51,802 nucleotides of DNA from Gemmatimonadaceae bacterium (GCA_036390195.1 DASWCI010000425.1:1-51802); one strand, 5' to 3'; numbered from the stretch's first letter, positions 18,152 to 27,730 are shown. A program made the numbers and translations. Notes: a model not told the origin generated them from the letters alone.

Positions 18152-18763
18152 TCATTCGTCCAACTGCTCAAGCGCGGCGGAAATTGCCTCCCGGAGTCTG
18201 ACTTCGCCTTCCACCCCAGGTGCAATCCCGGCCGCCAACGAATTGAACTTGGACAACATTTCTGAGTCCACGAATTTGTCGATGTCGCGCACGCCGAGCG
18301 ACTCAAGAGAGCGAACCGCAAGGCGGCGAAGTAACGAAAGAGTCTTCGTGTCCAGTTGCGCCAGGGATTCCGGAGCCGCGGGTGTTGCTACTGTTCCTCG
18401 GTCACGCTTGCGCCTCGGAGCGTCGAGAAGCGATGAGATTGATCCAAGCTTTACGACGAAAGATCCCGGTGAATGCTCCCGCCATTCGCTTACCACTCCA
18501 CGCCTGCGCAGATTGGGCAAAAGAGCGACGATCGCCGCGCGCACGACAGAGACTCCGCCCGGACTCTGGTTGCCACGTCCGGTTATCAGCAGCACCTCAC
18601 TTGCCCGGCTAATCTGTCGTTCGCGTAGCCACGCTTCGGCTCGATGACGCGCATCGGCTGCTGTCGGGAGCGACTCTCTGAGATTCAGCGTGTTCTTGGG
18701 ACCGAACGCTGCCTCGTCGAACGCCCTCCACACTGAGTGAAGAGAAACTTTGCTAGATCGCAT
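18152..18763 (-). CDS. Smr-domain protein with C-terminal helical extension
   Basis: TLNLR..PTAADAR, VLLITGRGNQSPGGVSVVR, PGSFVVKL. Confidence 0.75.
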   Translation of the reverse strand: MRSSKVSLHSVWRAFDEAAFGPKNTLNLRESLPTAADARHRAEAWLRERQISRASEVLLITGRGNQSPGGVSVVRAAIVALLPNLRRRGVVSEWREHSPGSFVVKLGSISSLLDAPRRKRDRGTVATPAAPESLAQLDTKTLSLLRRLAVRSLESLGVRDIDKFVDSEMLSKFNSLAAGIAPGVEGEVRLREAISAALEQLDE

Positions 18764-18804
18764 TCTGGAGTATGTGCCCGTCGAGTTTCAGGGAATCTTC
18801 GGTT

Positions 18805-19290
18805 CTATTTGCACTGCGCGGGTGCGCCAGCTGGCAGGCCAAATGCGGTCGTGACGGCAATCCTCCAGCCTTCCGCAGTATTCACAAAAATCCGCTCTGA
18901 AACGCCGCTCGAGGTCGTGTCTTTCTGCGTAACCGTATAGCAGTAGGTGCCGTACACGACGCCCGGTGCAATCGGCAGCACCCGCAGGTTCCTCGCTATC
19001 AGAGTGTCCGGCCAAGTCGAATCGCGACGCGCACTCCAGCCTTCGTACCCAAGCTCAAGTCCCGCGGGTCCATTGCGCCCAAGCGAACTGGTGTGAAGAT
19101 AAGTCGCGAGATATCGCGCACGGTCACGCTTGTGTATAGCGTCGATGTTCTCTTCGAACAGGCGTCGCGCCTCGACAGTGTCCGCCACAGTCGACGACGA
19201 TGACGGACCAGTATTGGCGGGTACGGATGCACAGCCGAGTGCGGCGAAAAGCGCGACGAGGCGGACGGACGCGAGTCTCGTCGATGTCAT
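18805..19290 (-). CDS. NTF2/SnoaL-like (DUF4440-type) lipoprotein
   Basis: Lipobox FAALGC, NIDAIHKRDRARYLATY, C-terminal FVNTAEGWRIA. Confidence 0.7.
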   Translation of the reverse strand: MTSTRLASVRLVALFAALGCASVPANTGPSSSSTVADTVEARRLFEENIDAIHKRDRARYLATYLHTSSLGRNGPAGLELGYEGWSARRDSTWPDTLIARNLRVLPIAPGVVYGTYCYTVTQKDTTSSGVSERIFVNTAEGWRIAVTTAFGLPAGAPAQCK

Positions 19291-19324
19291 ACATCTCTGC
19301 GGGAAAAAGTCACCGCAATCTTAA

Positions 19325-19352
19325 CCAGAGTCGCCACGATTGGCGACTCTGG
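19325..19352 (-). terminator. Hairpin after argD
   Basis: Perfect 12-bp stem CCAGAGTCGCCA-CGAT-TGGCGACTCTGG, weak U tail. Confidence 0.65.
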
Positions 19353-19358
19353 CTCTAG

Positions 19359-20576
19359 TTACTGACTGATAATTTTTTCGAGGATGTTGACGCCGCGCTT
19401 CAGATCGTCTTGCCCCATTATGAGAGGGGGAAGGATGCGGAGTGTGTGCTCGCCGGCCGTGAGCGCGAGCAAACCTTCGTCCCATCCGCGCTTGACGATC
19501 TCATTGGCGGACTCGACCACATCGAGTCCCCAGATGTAGCCGGTGCCGCGAATTGCCCGAACTTTTCCGGAGCGCCGTGCGATTATATCGAGCTCTCCGC
19601 CAAGCCACGCTCCGTTTTCACGAACCGCTTTGAGCAAAGAGGGATCCGAGAGCCGGTCAACGACGTAGCCCGCGACGGCTGCCAAGAGGGGCCCGCCGCC
19701 GAATGTCGTGCCGTGATCACCTGCCTGGATCGTCGATCCGATTTCTTCCGACACCAGAACCGCGCCCATCGGCAGCCCACCCGCGAGCGGCTTGGCGAGC
19801 GTCAGCATGTCGGGGACAATGCCGACGTTTTCGTAGGCGAAAAAGTGTCCGGTACGTCCGAGACCGCATTGAATCTCGTCGAAGATGAGCGCTATCTCGC
19901 GCTCCTCTGTCAGAGCGCGGAGTTGGCCCAGAAAATCAGCATCAAGCACGCGGACGCCGCCTTCTCCCTGGATCGGCTCGACAATGACCGCAGCAACGGT
20001 TTCTTCATCGAGCGCGATATCCAGGTCGCCGATGTCCCGCTCGCAGATCGAGACCGCACCCGCAAGCGGCCGGAACGGCGCACGGTACGACGGACGGTCA
20101 GTCGCAGCGAGAGACGCGAACAGTCTACCGTGAAAGCTTCCTCGCAGAGCGATGATCTCGACCTTTGCGTCTGTGCCGATCTTGCGGGCCCATCGTCTCG
20201 CAAACTTGAATGCACCTTCGTTAGCCTCCGCCCCTGAGTTGCAGAAAAACACTTTCGAGGCAAACGAGCGCTCGACCAGCTTGCTGGCGAGCTGCTCACC
20301 GGGCGCGGTCCGATACAGGTTTGAAGCGTGGATCAGGCCGGTGCCCAGCGATTCGCTGATTGTTCTCGCGATTCCAGGATCTCCGTAGCCAAGCGCATTC
20401 ACCGCTATCCCGCTCGCGAAATCGAGATATCGCTTGCCATCGGAGTCGATGAGCTCCACGCCTTCTCCCGCTACTAGCTCCATCGGCGCGCGCTTGTATG
20501 TCGAAAGAAGCGCGGACGTTTCCGAAAAAGCAGTAGCCTCGACTTCGTCATCGACGGGCAATGTGATCGCACTCAT
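19359..20576 (-). CDS. argD: Acetylornithine aminotransferase
   Basis: YLDFASGIAVNALG, FFCNSGAEANE, SFHGR, EPIQGEGG, FDEIQCGLGRTG, LAKPLAGG, HGTTFGG; in arg cluster. Confidence 0.95.
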   Translation of the reverse strand: MSAITLPVDDEVEATAFSETSALLSTYKRAPMELVAGEGVELIDSDGKRYLDFASGIAVNALGYGDPGIARTISESLGTGLIHASNLYRTAPGEQLASKLVERSFASKVFFCNSGAEANEGAFKFARRWARKIGTDAKVEIIALRGSFHGRLFASLAATDRPSYRAPFRPLAGAVSICERDIGDLDIALDEETVAAVIVEPIQGEGGVRVLDADFLGQLRALTEEREIALIFDEIQCGLGRTGHFFAYENVGIVPDMLTLAKPLAGGLPMGAVLVSEEIGSTIQAGDHGTTFGGGPLLAAVAGYVVDRLSDPSLLKAVRENGAWLGGELDIIARRSGKVRAIRGTGYIWGLDVVESANEIVKRGWDEGLLALTAGEHTLRILPPLIMGQDDLKRGVNILEKIISQ

Positions 20577-21340
20577 AAGACAACGCTCTGGGATTGGGTA
20601 ATGAATGTGCCGTGCTCCTCGTTGTCGAAACCGGCAAGGCCGCAGATTTTTACGCGACTAACCCCCGAAATGAGCGCGGTCTCCGCCGCCTCGAGCTTCG
20701 CAGCCATTCCGTTATTCGCAATACCATTCGTAATCAGCTCATGGGCTGCTTCGGTGCTCAGACTCGAGAGGACCTCTCCGCGACTGTCCCGCACTCCGTC
20801 GACGTCTGCAACGAGAAGGAGTTCGTCGGCTCCGAGTCCGGCGGCAATTGCCGCTGCAGCATCATCGCCGTTTACGTTCAGGGCGCCACCTTCGGCATTC
20901 GATGCGTTGTAACCAACCGGCGAAATCACTGGTAAGTACCTCGCTCTCATTAGAGCGCGCAACAGCTCCGCATTCACCCCGACAGGGCGCCCCGCAAATC
21001 CGAGCAACGATTCGTCTATCAGTTCGGCGCCAATGAGCGCAGCGTCTTCTCCCGATAAGCCCACCGCTGGCAAGCCGGCAGCAACCAACGTGTTGACCAG
21101 TCGCTTGTTCACCACACCCGACAGCACCATTCGCAGAACGCCGAGATCTCCCTTCGACGTAACACGACGCCCGCCAATGAACACGGCTTCCCTCCCTAGT
21201 GCGCGCTGCATCGCCGACATCTCGTCACCGCCTCCGTGCACTATGCAGAGCTGACCCGGCATCGCAGTCCAGGCGTAACGAATCACGGTCGTCAGGCGCG
21301 GATCAGATTGCGCCCGCCCGCCAATTTTTACGACCCGCAT
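20573..21340 (-). CDS. argB: Acetylglutamate kinase
   Basis: VVKIGG, IVHGGG, GRRVT, GLSGED, LNVNGD, GMAAKL. Confidence 0.95.
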   Translation of the reverse strand: MRVVKIGGRAQSDPRLTTVIRYAWTAMPGQLCIVHGGGDEMSAMQRALGREAVFIGGRRVTSKGDLGVLRMVLSGVVNKRLVNTLVAAGLPAVGLSGEDAALIGAELIDESLLGFAGRPVGVNAELLRALMRARYLPVISPVGYNASNAEGGALNVNGDDAAAAIAAGLGADELLLVADVDGVRDSRGEVLSSLSTEAAHELITNGIANNGMAAKLEAAETALISGVSRVKICGLAGFDNEEHGTFITQSQSVVL

Positions 21341-22314
21341 TATGCCGGCAGTCCGGTCTGCTCGCTCAAACCGAGCAGAACGTTCGCATTCTGCAGAGCC
21401 TGCCCAGCTGCCCCTTTCATCAGATTGTCGATCGCGGATATGAGGACGAGAGTAGGTTGACGGACATTGGCTGCTTTGGCGATGCTCAGACGGACAACAT
21501 TGCGTCGTACCACGTCGCGAAGTGACGGCGGGTCGGCAGCGATTTCAATGAAAGGCTCCCCACTATAGAAATCGCGCCAGAGCGCGGACGGATCGTCAAC
21601 GTATTCTCTCACCGGCACTGTGATAGTCGCGAGAATTCCGCGAGCGACAGGAAGCAAATGAGGTGTGAACAATATGTCGTTGTCTCTACCGCCCAGTTCT
21701 TTCGTGACCGCCCGCATTTCGGCGATGTGTCGATGCTGATTTCCCACTGAATATGCGCGAAAATCCTCAGCCACTTCGGCGAACAGCAGATCCGGACGCA
21801 CGGAATAACCCGCACCCGTAACGCCACTCGCGGCGGATACATTGATCGTTGCCCCCGGTACGATCCAACCTTCCTTGAGCAGGGGAGCGATCGCCACCAG
21901 AATCGCGGTTGCGTAACATCCGGGGTTCGCAACAACCTGCGCTGCTGGAATCTTCGCGCGCATTAGCTCGGTTAGTCCGTACGGAGCCTGAATTCCGTTG
22001 GTTGGCGCGTCTGACCCTGGTCTGAAATCCGAAGAGAGGTCCACGACGCGCGCTCCCGTCGCGCGCGCATTTCCAACCCATTTGGCTGACGCGCCATGCG
22101 GGAGCGCTGTGAAGACGACCTCCGCCTTATTGAGCGGGGCATCCTCCGTAGCGACGAAGGTCACTTCCGAAGCACCGATGCGGACGCGCTGGCCACGCTG
22201 CTCATTAGCAGACGCAAACGAGAGCTCGAGCCCCGGATGCTGGGCGATAAGTCCACACAGCTCCCGGCCCGCATACCCACTGGCACCAAGGACTCCAACC
22301 GGAACTTTATGCAT
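21340..22314 (-). CDS. argC: N-acetyl-gamma-glutamyl-phosphate reductase
   Basis: GASGYAGREL, ALPHG, VDLSSDFR, ANPGCYAT, SGVTGAG, HRHIAE, FTPHL, IDNLMKGAAGQA. Confidence 0.97.
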   Translation of the reverse strand: MHKVPVGVLGASGYAGRELCGLIAQHPGLELSFASANEQRGQRVRIGASEVTFVATEDAPLNKAEVVFTALPHGASAKWVGNARATGARVVDLSSDFRPGSDAPTNGIQAPYGLTELMRAKIPAAQVVANPGCYATAILVAIAPLLKEGWIVPGATINVSAASGVTGAGYSVRPDLLFAEVAEDFRAYSVGNQHRHIAEMRAVTKELGGRDNDILFTPHLLPVARGILATITVPVREYVDDPSALWRDFYSGEPFIEIAADPPSLRDVVRRNVVRLSIAKAANVRQPTLVLISAIDNLMKGAAGQALQNANVLLGLSEQTGLPA

Positions 22315-22334
22315 AAAGAATGCATAACATTACA
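22300..22334 (-). promoter_or_regulatory. Tandem ARG-box-like operator overlapping the argC start
   Basis: Minus strand TGTAATGTTATGCA-N7-TGCATAAAGTTCCG: two 14-bp cores related to TGNAT-N4-ATNCA with canonical spacing. Confidence 0.65.
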
Positions 22335-22402
22335 CTGCCTTTGCGTCAATGATCCCTGCGCTCGGCTCGCGCATTTCTTTCCGTGGTGCTAAACTCCGTT
22401 CC

Positions 22403-22861
22403 GTGGCCAACAAACGTGAACGGCACGACACGATTCTGGAGATTGTCGGCTCTCGCGTCGTCAGCAGCCAGGAGGATCTTCGCAAGCTGCTGCTCCAACG
22501 TGGATGGGACGTCACCCAGGCAACACTGTCCCGGGATCTCCGGGAGCTCCGGCTGGCGCGCGTCCCTACACCCGAAGGAGCCAGATACGCAATCACCGAC
22601 GGCAGCATAGAGGAGAGCAGAGCCGCCCTGGACACACTGCTGCCTCAGCTCTTTCTCCGCATCGATGGAGTGAGCGAGATGCTCGTTCTTCGTACCGTCC
22701 CCGGGGGCGCGCAGCCCATTGCCGCTGCCCTCGATGGCGAGGGCTGGGCCGACATCCTCGGCACCGTCGGTGGTGACGATACGATCCTTATCATCTGCCG
22801 CTCGGTTGCCGGCCGCGAGCGCGTTCACCGGCGTCTGAAAGCCCTTGCCGGAGAGCCCTGA
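22403..22861 (+). CDS. argR: Arginine repressor
   Basis: SQEDL, VTQATLSRDLREL, LRTVPGGAQPIA, ILGTVGGDDTILII; GTG start 7 nt after extended -10 TGcTAAACT. Confidence 0.96.
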   Translation: MANKRERHDTILEIVGSRVVSSQEDLRKLLLQRGWDVTQATLSRDLRELRLARVPTPEGARYAITDGSIEESRAALDTLLPQLFLRIDGVSEMLVLRTVPGGAQPIAAALDGEGWADILGTVGGDDTILIICRSVAGRERVHRRLKALAGEP

Positions 22862-22868
22862 TCCAGTA

Positions 22869-22922
22869 TTGACTGGGTGGCCCGGGCCGATTAAATATTC
22901 AGTTACTCTGAATACTTATTGA
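22869..22922 (+). promoter_or_regulatory. argGH promoter with tandem ARG boxes
   Basis: TTGACT at 22869; cores CGATTAAATATTCA (22888-22901) and TGAATACTTATTGA (22909-22922) 7 nt apart, equal to two 18-bp boxes with a 3-bp spacer. Confidence 0.75.
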
Positions 22923-22929
22923 GGCGGCC

Positions 22930-24189
22930 GTGATCCGTACAATCGCCCTTGCCTACTCCGGAGGGCTCGACACATCCATTATCGTCCCGTGGCTCAAGGA
23001 GCGGTATGGCGCCCGCGTGATCTGCGTCGCCGCTGACATCGGGCAGGGCAGCGAGCTTGACGGCGTTCGCGCGAAAGCAATCGCATCAGGTGCCGAGGAG
23101 TGCTACGTCGAAGATTTGCGCCAGGAATTCGTGGAAAAGTTCGTATGGCCCACCCTCCGCGCTGGCGCTATCTACGGTCGTAAGTATCTCCTCGGCACCT
23201 CGATGGCACGGCCTCTCATTGCGCGGCGTCAGGTTGAGATCGCGCGCAAGGTCGGCGCCGACGCGCTTGCCCATGGTTGCACTGGCAAAGGAAACGACCA
23301 GGTTCGCTTCGAGCTGACCTACGCCGCTTTCGCCCCGGACCTTCCGATCATCGCGCCGTGGCGTGAGTGGGACATTCGAAGCCGCGAGGACGCGATTGCA
23401 TACGCTGAGTCCCATCGGATTCCCATCACTGCCACCAAGGAAAAAATCTATTCGCGCGACCGGAACATCTGGCACATGTCTCATGAGGGTGGTGTGCTCG
23501 AGCAGCCAGCCGCAGCACCGCCGGCCGACCTGTTCATGCTAACCACGGCCCCGGAGAACGCGCCTGACGAGGCTGAGGAAGTTACAATTGGTTTCGTCAA
23601 CGGAACGCCCGTAGCCGTCAATGGCGCTGAGTTGGATGGAGTAGACCTCCTGACGGCTCTCAACACGATAGGCAGCCGTCACGGAATCGGACGCATCGAT
23701 CTCGTTGAGGATCGTCTGGTTGGAATGAAATCACGGGGGGTTTACGAAACTCCCGGTGGTACCCTGCTCTACTCCGCTCACAGCGAGCTTGAACAGCTGG
23801 TTCTGGATCGCCGCACTCTCGTCGCCAAAGACCTCATCGCGCCGCGGTACGCGGATCTCGTATATGAGGGCCGCTGGTGGACAACAGAGCGCGAGGCGTA
23901 CGACGCGTTCGTTAACATCACGCAAGAGCGCGTAACCGGATCCGTGACGCTGAAACTCTTCAAGGGAACCGCCTCTGTTGTCAGTCGCGAGAGCGAATAC
24001 GCTCTTTACGATGAGCGATTCGTTACGTTCGGCGACGACGATGTCTACGAGCAAAGCGATGCCGCGGGCTTTATCAGACTGTATGGGCTCTCCGCACGCG
24101 TGCGCGCAATTCGCGATCAGGAGCTCGCAGCGGCACAGCGTGAGCGAGAGACAAAGGCCCAACAGCCTGCGAGCTTGGCTATAGCTTGA
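22930..24189 (+). CDS. argG: Argininosuccinate synthase
   Basis: [46 protein letters not shown]. Confidence 0.98.
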   Translation: MIRTIALAYSGGLDTSIIVPWLKERYGARVICVAADIGQGSELDGVRAKAIASGAEECYVEDLRQEFVEKFVWPTLRAGAIYGRKYLLGTSMARPLIARRQVEIARKVGADALAHGCTGKGNDQVRFELTYAAFAPDLPIIAPWREWDIRSREDAIAYAESHRIPITATKEKIYSRDRNIWHMSHEGGVLEQPAAAPPADLFMLTTAPENAPDEAEEVTIGFVNGTPVAVNGAELDGVDLLTALNTIGSRHGIGRIDLVEDRLVGMKSRGVYETPGGTLLYSAHSELEQLVLDRRTLVAKDLIAPRYADLVYEGRWWTTEREAYDAFVNITQERVTGSVTLKLFKGTASVVSRESEYALYDERFVTFGDDDVYEQSDAAGFIRLYGLSARVRAIRDQELAAAQRERETKAQQPASLAIA

Positions 24190-24206
24190 CCGGCAAGGAG
24201 CTCGAA

Positions 24207-25637
24207 ATGTCGGACTACGTATCGCACAAGCTGTGGGGAGGACGGTTCTCGACGCCAACTGCGGCTGCACTTGAGGCGGTAAATCGCTCGATAGGCACTG
24301 ATGCCCGTCTTTGGCCGTTCGATATCAATCTATCTCAGGCGTGGGCGGTTGCCTTATGGGGCGCTGGAGTTCTCACGCTGGAGGAAAGCAAGACAATCGA
24401 GCGTGGCCTCGCAGCGGTCGGCCAGAAGCTCGCCGCCGGCGCTCAGCCGCTCTCGTCTGATGAAGACGTTCACACGCTCATTGACCGCATGCTCCACGAC
24501 CAAGTCGGTGATATAGCGTCGAAGCTCCACACCGGTCGTAGTCGCAACGATCAGGTCGCGACGGCGACGCGCCTCTGGTCGATGGACGCTTGCATCAAGC
24601 TCGATGCAGCTGTTCGTGCGCTTCAGCAGGTAATGGTCGACCACTCAGCGGCACTCGAGGACGCGCTAATGCCGGCATACACGCATTTGCAGCGCGCTCA
24701 ACCAGTATCCGCCACGCACTGGATGTTGTCGCACTTCTGGCCGCTCGAGCGGGATCGAGCGCGCATTGCTTCAGCATCCCGTGCTGCGGCGGTACTTCCA
24801 CTCGGTTCCGGCGCAATCGCGGGCTGCGCGTTCCCCATCTCCCGTGTACTCCTTCAGGGCAGCCTGGGCTTCGGCACTATATCGCAGAACAGCATCGATG
24901 CGGTCGGTGACAGGGATTTCGTCGCAGAGCTGTTGTTCGCGGTGGCAATGACGGCAACGCACCTCTCGCGACTCGCAGAAGATCTCATCATCTATGGCTC
25001 GAGCGAGTTCGGATTCGTTCAGTTCGGCGAAGCATTCACAACCGGCTCGAGCATGATGCCGCAGAAACGAAATCCCGATGCGCTGGAGCTCGCTCGCGGA
25101 TCCGGTGCGCGCGCCATCGGCGACCTCACGACGCTGCTCGCAACCCTCAAAGGATTACCCAGCGGCTACAACAAGGACCTACAGGATGACAAGCGTGTCC
25201 TGTTCGATGCAGTCGACATGATTCTGCTCGTGCTTCCTGCAGTGAGTGGCGCTCTTCAGGAGATTCGCTTCGATGTCAAGCGCATGCGCAAAGCATTATC
25301 GAGCAGCATGATGGCTACCGATCTCGCTGACTATCTAGTGGAGAAGGGAGCGAGCTTTCGCGACGCGCATGCTGCGATCGGGTCTTTGATTCGCGCGAGT
25401 GAGCGAGAGGGTTGCGAGCTTGGCGCCCTTCCCCTCGACACGTTCAAGTCGGCGCATCCACTGTTTGGTGATGACGTTCTCGACTGGCTCGAGCCTGCAC
25501 GCTCTGTAGCACGACGTGATGTGCCTGGCGGAACTGGCCCGGCGGCTGTGAGCTCACAGCTGCGTTCTGCACGTGAAGCCCTGTGGCCAGTCGCCGAGGT
25601 CGCACGAGGGAACGAGCTGATTCTTCGCGCCGTGTAA
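24207..25637 (+). CDS. argH: Argininosuccinate lyase
   Basis: KLWGGRF, EDVH, LHTGRSRNDQ, MPAYTHLQRAQP, TGSSMMPQKRNPD, GYNKDLQDDK; ATG 24207 after AAGGAG. Confidence 0.97.
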   Translation: MSDYVSHKLWGGRFSTPTAAALEAVNRSIGTDARLWPFDINLSQAWAVALWGAGVLTLEESKTIERGLAAVGQKLAAGAQPLSSDEDVHTLIDRMLHDQVGDIASKLHTGRSRNDQVATATRLWSMDACIKLDAAVRALQQVMVDHSAALEDALMPAYTHLQRAQPVSATHWMLSHFWPLERDRARIASASRAAAVLPLGSGAIAGCAFPISRVLLQGSLGFGTISQNSIDAVGDRDFVAELLFAVAMTATHLSRLAEDLIIYGSSEFGFVQFGEAFTTGSSMMPQKRNPDALELARGSGARAIGDLTTLLATLKGLPSGYNKDLQDDKRVLFDAVDMILLVLPAVSGALQEIRFDVKRMRKALSSSMMATDLADYLVEKGASFRDAHAAIGSLIRASEREGCELGALPLDTFKSAHPLFGDDVLDWLEPARSVARRDVPGGTGPAAVSSQLRSAREALWPVAEVARGNELILRAV

Positions 25638-25663
25638 CGCGGCTCGGCTTGCCGCAAGAAAGT

Positions 25664-25689
25664 GCCGCATGGCTGCGGCCCCTTTTTTT
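25664..25689 (+). terminator. Terminator after argH
   Basis: GCCGCA-TGGC-TGCGGC then CCC and T7. Confidence 0.6.
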
Positions 25690-25701
25690 GTTTTGATCTT
25701 C

Positions 25702-26253
25702 TTAAAACAGTAGGCCCAACGTGATCGGAACGAATTGGTACACGCCGCCTTTGGAAGCGCTTCGCGAAATACTGTGGTAGCGCGACTCGAGGAATGTTGC
25801 GAACGGGCCGAACCCGAATGTGGCGCCGGCTCCGGCGTTGACGCCAAAATTGTTTTGAGCCTTGGCGCCGGTGATGTCGGCCTTGGAGTTGTAGAGTCCG
25901 CCACCGGCAATGATATACGCCTTCGCGTTCGTTCCGGGAAATGCAAATACCAGATTTCCGAGCACTCCACTCACGCGGAGATCGCCAGCGCCCGGCGTTG
26001 AACTAAGGCTGTTGCTGTGCAGAATGTTGTTGTAAATGGCATCTAAGCGCACGCCGAGAGGAAGTTCTGCCACTCCAATTGCCAGCACGACGATGGCATT
26101 GTAGCCGGTTTTTTGTGAGTCACTGAGTTTACCCACAGGTATCGCGGCGCCGCCGCCCAGGCCAACCGCGTAGGTCTTTTGGCCTTGCGCGGGTGATGCA
26201 AACCCAATCACCAGGAATAGCGAGATCAGTACTACGGAAAGGGGCTGCTTCAT
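25702..26253 (-). CDS. Small outer-membrane beta-barrel protein
   Basis: Signal peptide MKQPLSVVL...PAQG, Gly/aromatic alternating strands, C-terminal Phe. Confidence 0.8.
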   Translation of the reverse strand: MKQPLSVVLISLFLVIGFASPAQGQKTYAVGLGGGAAIPVGKLSDSQKTGYNAIVVLAIGVAELPLGVRLDAIYNNILHSNSLSSTPGAGDLRVSGVLGNLVFAFPGTNAKAYIIAGGGLYNSKADITGAKAQNNFGVNAGAGATFGFGPFATFLESRYHSISRSASKGGVYQFVPITLGLLF

Positions 26254-26342
26254 TCTGGTCGAGAGATAATGGGGGCCTGCAAGTGTCGCGAGATCGGCCA
26301 ATATAATGGGGGGAGCCAAGCAGCAGTAGCGCCAATCAGCCC

Positions 26343-26371
26343 TTGCGATAAATATCCTGCAAATCTAGGAT
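26343..26371 (+). promoter_or_regulatory. Leaderless-type promoter with overlapping inverted repeat
   Basis: TTGCGA-N17-TAGGAT 5 nt before ATG 26377; ATCCT-N8-AGGAT overlaps spacer and -10. Confidence 0.55.
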
Positions 26372-26376
26372 TATTA

Positions 26377-26769
26377 ATGTCACGAGGCTATACCATTGCT
26401 GCTGCGGCACTTGCACTTCAGGTGCCTATCAAGTGGCTCGATAACGCATTGTCTCACCACAAAGTCGCCGGAGTACATCAGGAAAAGCAGGGGGTTGCCA
26501 GACGTTTGACAATCGAGGGGTTGCTCCGCCTCGCCGTCGCTACAATCCTGGTCAGGGAGCTCGGAATGACATTGCCGAATGCAATCGAAATCGCCGAAGT
26601 GGTCACCCACAGCGACGGACACTTCACATCCAGCGGCGGCGTCCGCCTCGAGCTTGATCTGAAAACGCTCAGGACGATGCTGCTCGCGCGGCTCGAGCAC
26701 GCGGTAGAAATCGCACCAATTTCCAAACGTGGCCGGCCTCCGAAAAACAAAACGGGGCGTCTCGATTGA
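26377..26769 (+). CDS. Hypothetical DNA-binding protein (MerR/Xis-like HTH plus C-terminal AT-hook-like KRGRPPK)
   Basis: YTIAAAALALQVPIKWLDN helix-turn-helix pattern, QGVARRLT wing, KRGRPPKNK tail. Confidence 0.65.
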   Translation: MSRGYTIAAAALALQVPIKWLDNALSHHKVAGVHQEKQGVARRLTIEGLLRLAVATILVRELGMTLPNAIEIAEVVTHSDGHFTSSGGVRLELDLKTLRTMLLARLEHAVEIAPISKRGRPPKNKTGRLD

Positions 26770-26778
26770 GACGCCCCG
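26753..26778 (-). terminator. Terminator of the second csp gene
   Basis: CGGGGCGTCTC-GATT-GAGACGCCCCG 11-bp stem followed on the minus strand by TTTTGTTTTT. Confidence 0.88.
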
Positions 26779-26807
26779 CCAGATTGTGCCAGTAAAGCGG
26801 ACGTCGA

Positions 26808-27017
26808 CTAAGAAGTCTTCGTCACGTTCTCGGCAGCCGGACCTTTCTGACCCTCGACAATGTCGAACTCTACCGCGTCACCCTCTGCAAGGGACTTGAA
26901 TCCCGAGCCGGAGATTGCGCTGTAGTGAACGAAGCAATCCTTCTGCCCGTTGTCAGGTGTGATGAACCCAAAGCCCTTCGCGTCGTTGAACCACTTCACT
27001 TTGCCGGTCGTACGCAT
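26808..27017 (-). CDS. cspA: Cold-shock protein, CspA family (second copy)
   Basis: [31 protein letters not shown]; AGGAG SD; symbol denotes the family only. Confidence 0.97.
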   Translation of the reverse strand: MRTTGKVKWFNDAKGFGFITPDNGQKDCFVHYSAISGSGFKSLAEGDAVEFDIVEGQKGPAAENVTKTS

Positions 27018-27161
27018 TCCCTACTCCTGGAAAATTTGTGTCTTGGGGAGCGGAAGACGCCCGACCCTCGACAATCTGATACGCGGGTCTCACAAACCCC
27101 GCACTGGATTTAAGCCCGAGGCAAAGGCTCTCGCCGATACCCCTGGCCCGACTTGGCTGAA

Positions 27162-27190
27162 AAAATAGCAAGGACCGGTTGAGCCGACAA
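27162..27190 (-). promoter_or_regulatory. sigma70-type promoter of the second csp
   Basis: TTGTCG-N17-TATTTT with extended TG; implies an approximately 140-nt 5' UTR. Confidence 0.55.
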
Positions 27191-27199
27191 TAGACAGAT

Positions 27200-27634
27200 T
27201 CAAGGGCCTACGATACGGACGTTTGAAACGAAATACTCTGTCTCCCCAAAACACGACGATGGGACCCCTCGATGCTGCTCGTACGCCAGTGAAACACGCT
27301 TCCCCAAATCCTGCTCCAGAACCTTGGCGAGCGAGTCGCTGCGCACAGTGAAATTGAAGATCTGCGGGGTGAGCGTCCCCGGGATAGGAACCATTGCAAG
27401 CTCGCCCTCCCAGGTTTTGCAGAGCCATCCCTTCTTTGAGAGCTTCTGCACGTACCCCGCGCGCTCACCTGTCGAATACACGTAGCCGAGTGTCACCCAC
27501 ACCCAGAGAGAGAAGATCAGAACAGGAATCGCGATTATCGTGAGCAGCAAAATCACCACTCCGCGACGCCATTTCTTTCGCGGAGGAGGCGGTGGTGTCG
27601 GAGGAGTTTCAGGTACCTCGGGTGTATCAGCCAT
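27200..27634 (-). CDS. Conserved membrane-anchored hypothetical protein
   Basis: Pro-rich N-terminus, one TM helix, [27 protein letters not shown]...FNFTVR...GETEYF; ATG 27634 after GGAG. Confidence 0.8.
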   Translation of the reverse strand: MADTPEVPETPPTPPPPPRKKWRRGVVILLLTIIAIPVLIFSLWVWVTLGYVYSTGERAGYVQKLSKKGWLCKTWEGELAMVPIPGTLTPQIFNFTVRSDSLAKVLEQDLGKRVSLAYEQHRGVPSSCFGETEYFVSNVRIVGP

Positions 27635-27730
27635 CTGAGCTCCAATAAAGGCGAGGAAGGGAAGTACTGCCTTTACATGCACCGCTCGGACCACGGAATT
27701 AGCTTTCAGATTCAACACACGCAAGCATCA

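Noticed and set aside
9658-18321. ORF-track N-terminal extensions of the M1 and M28 peptidases (similarly serB, M16 partner, hisA, ispG, DLH, NfeD) read as fusions or overlaps
   Set aside because: Extensions overlap neighbouring genes; downstream starts give proper signal peptides or start/stop overlaps
1401-27017. Two csp genes as a recent duplication or repeat element
   Set aside because: Proteins differ at many positions and flanks are unrelated; multiple Csp paralogs are routine
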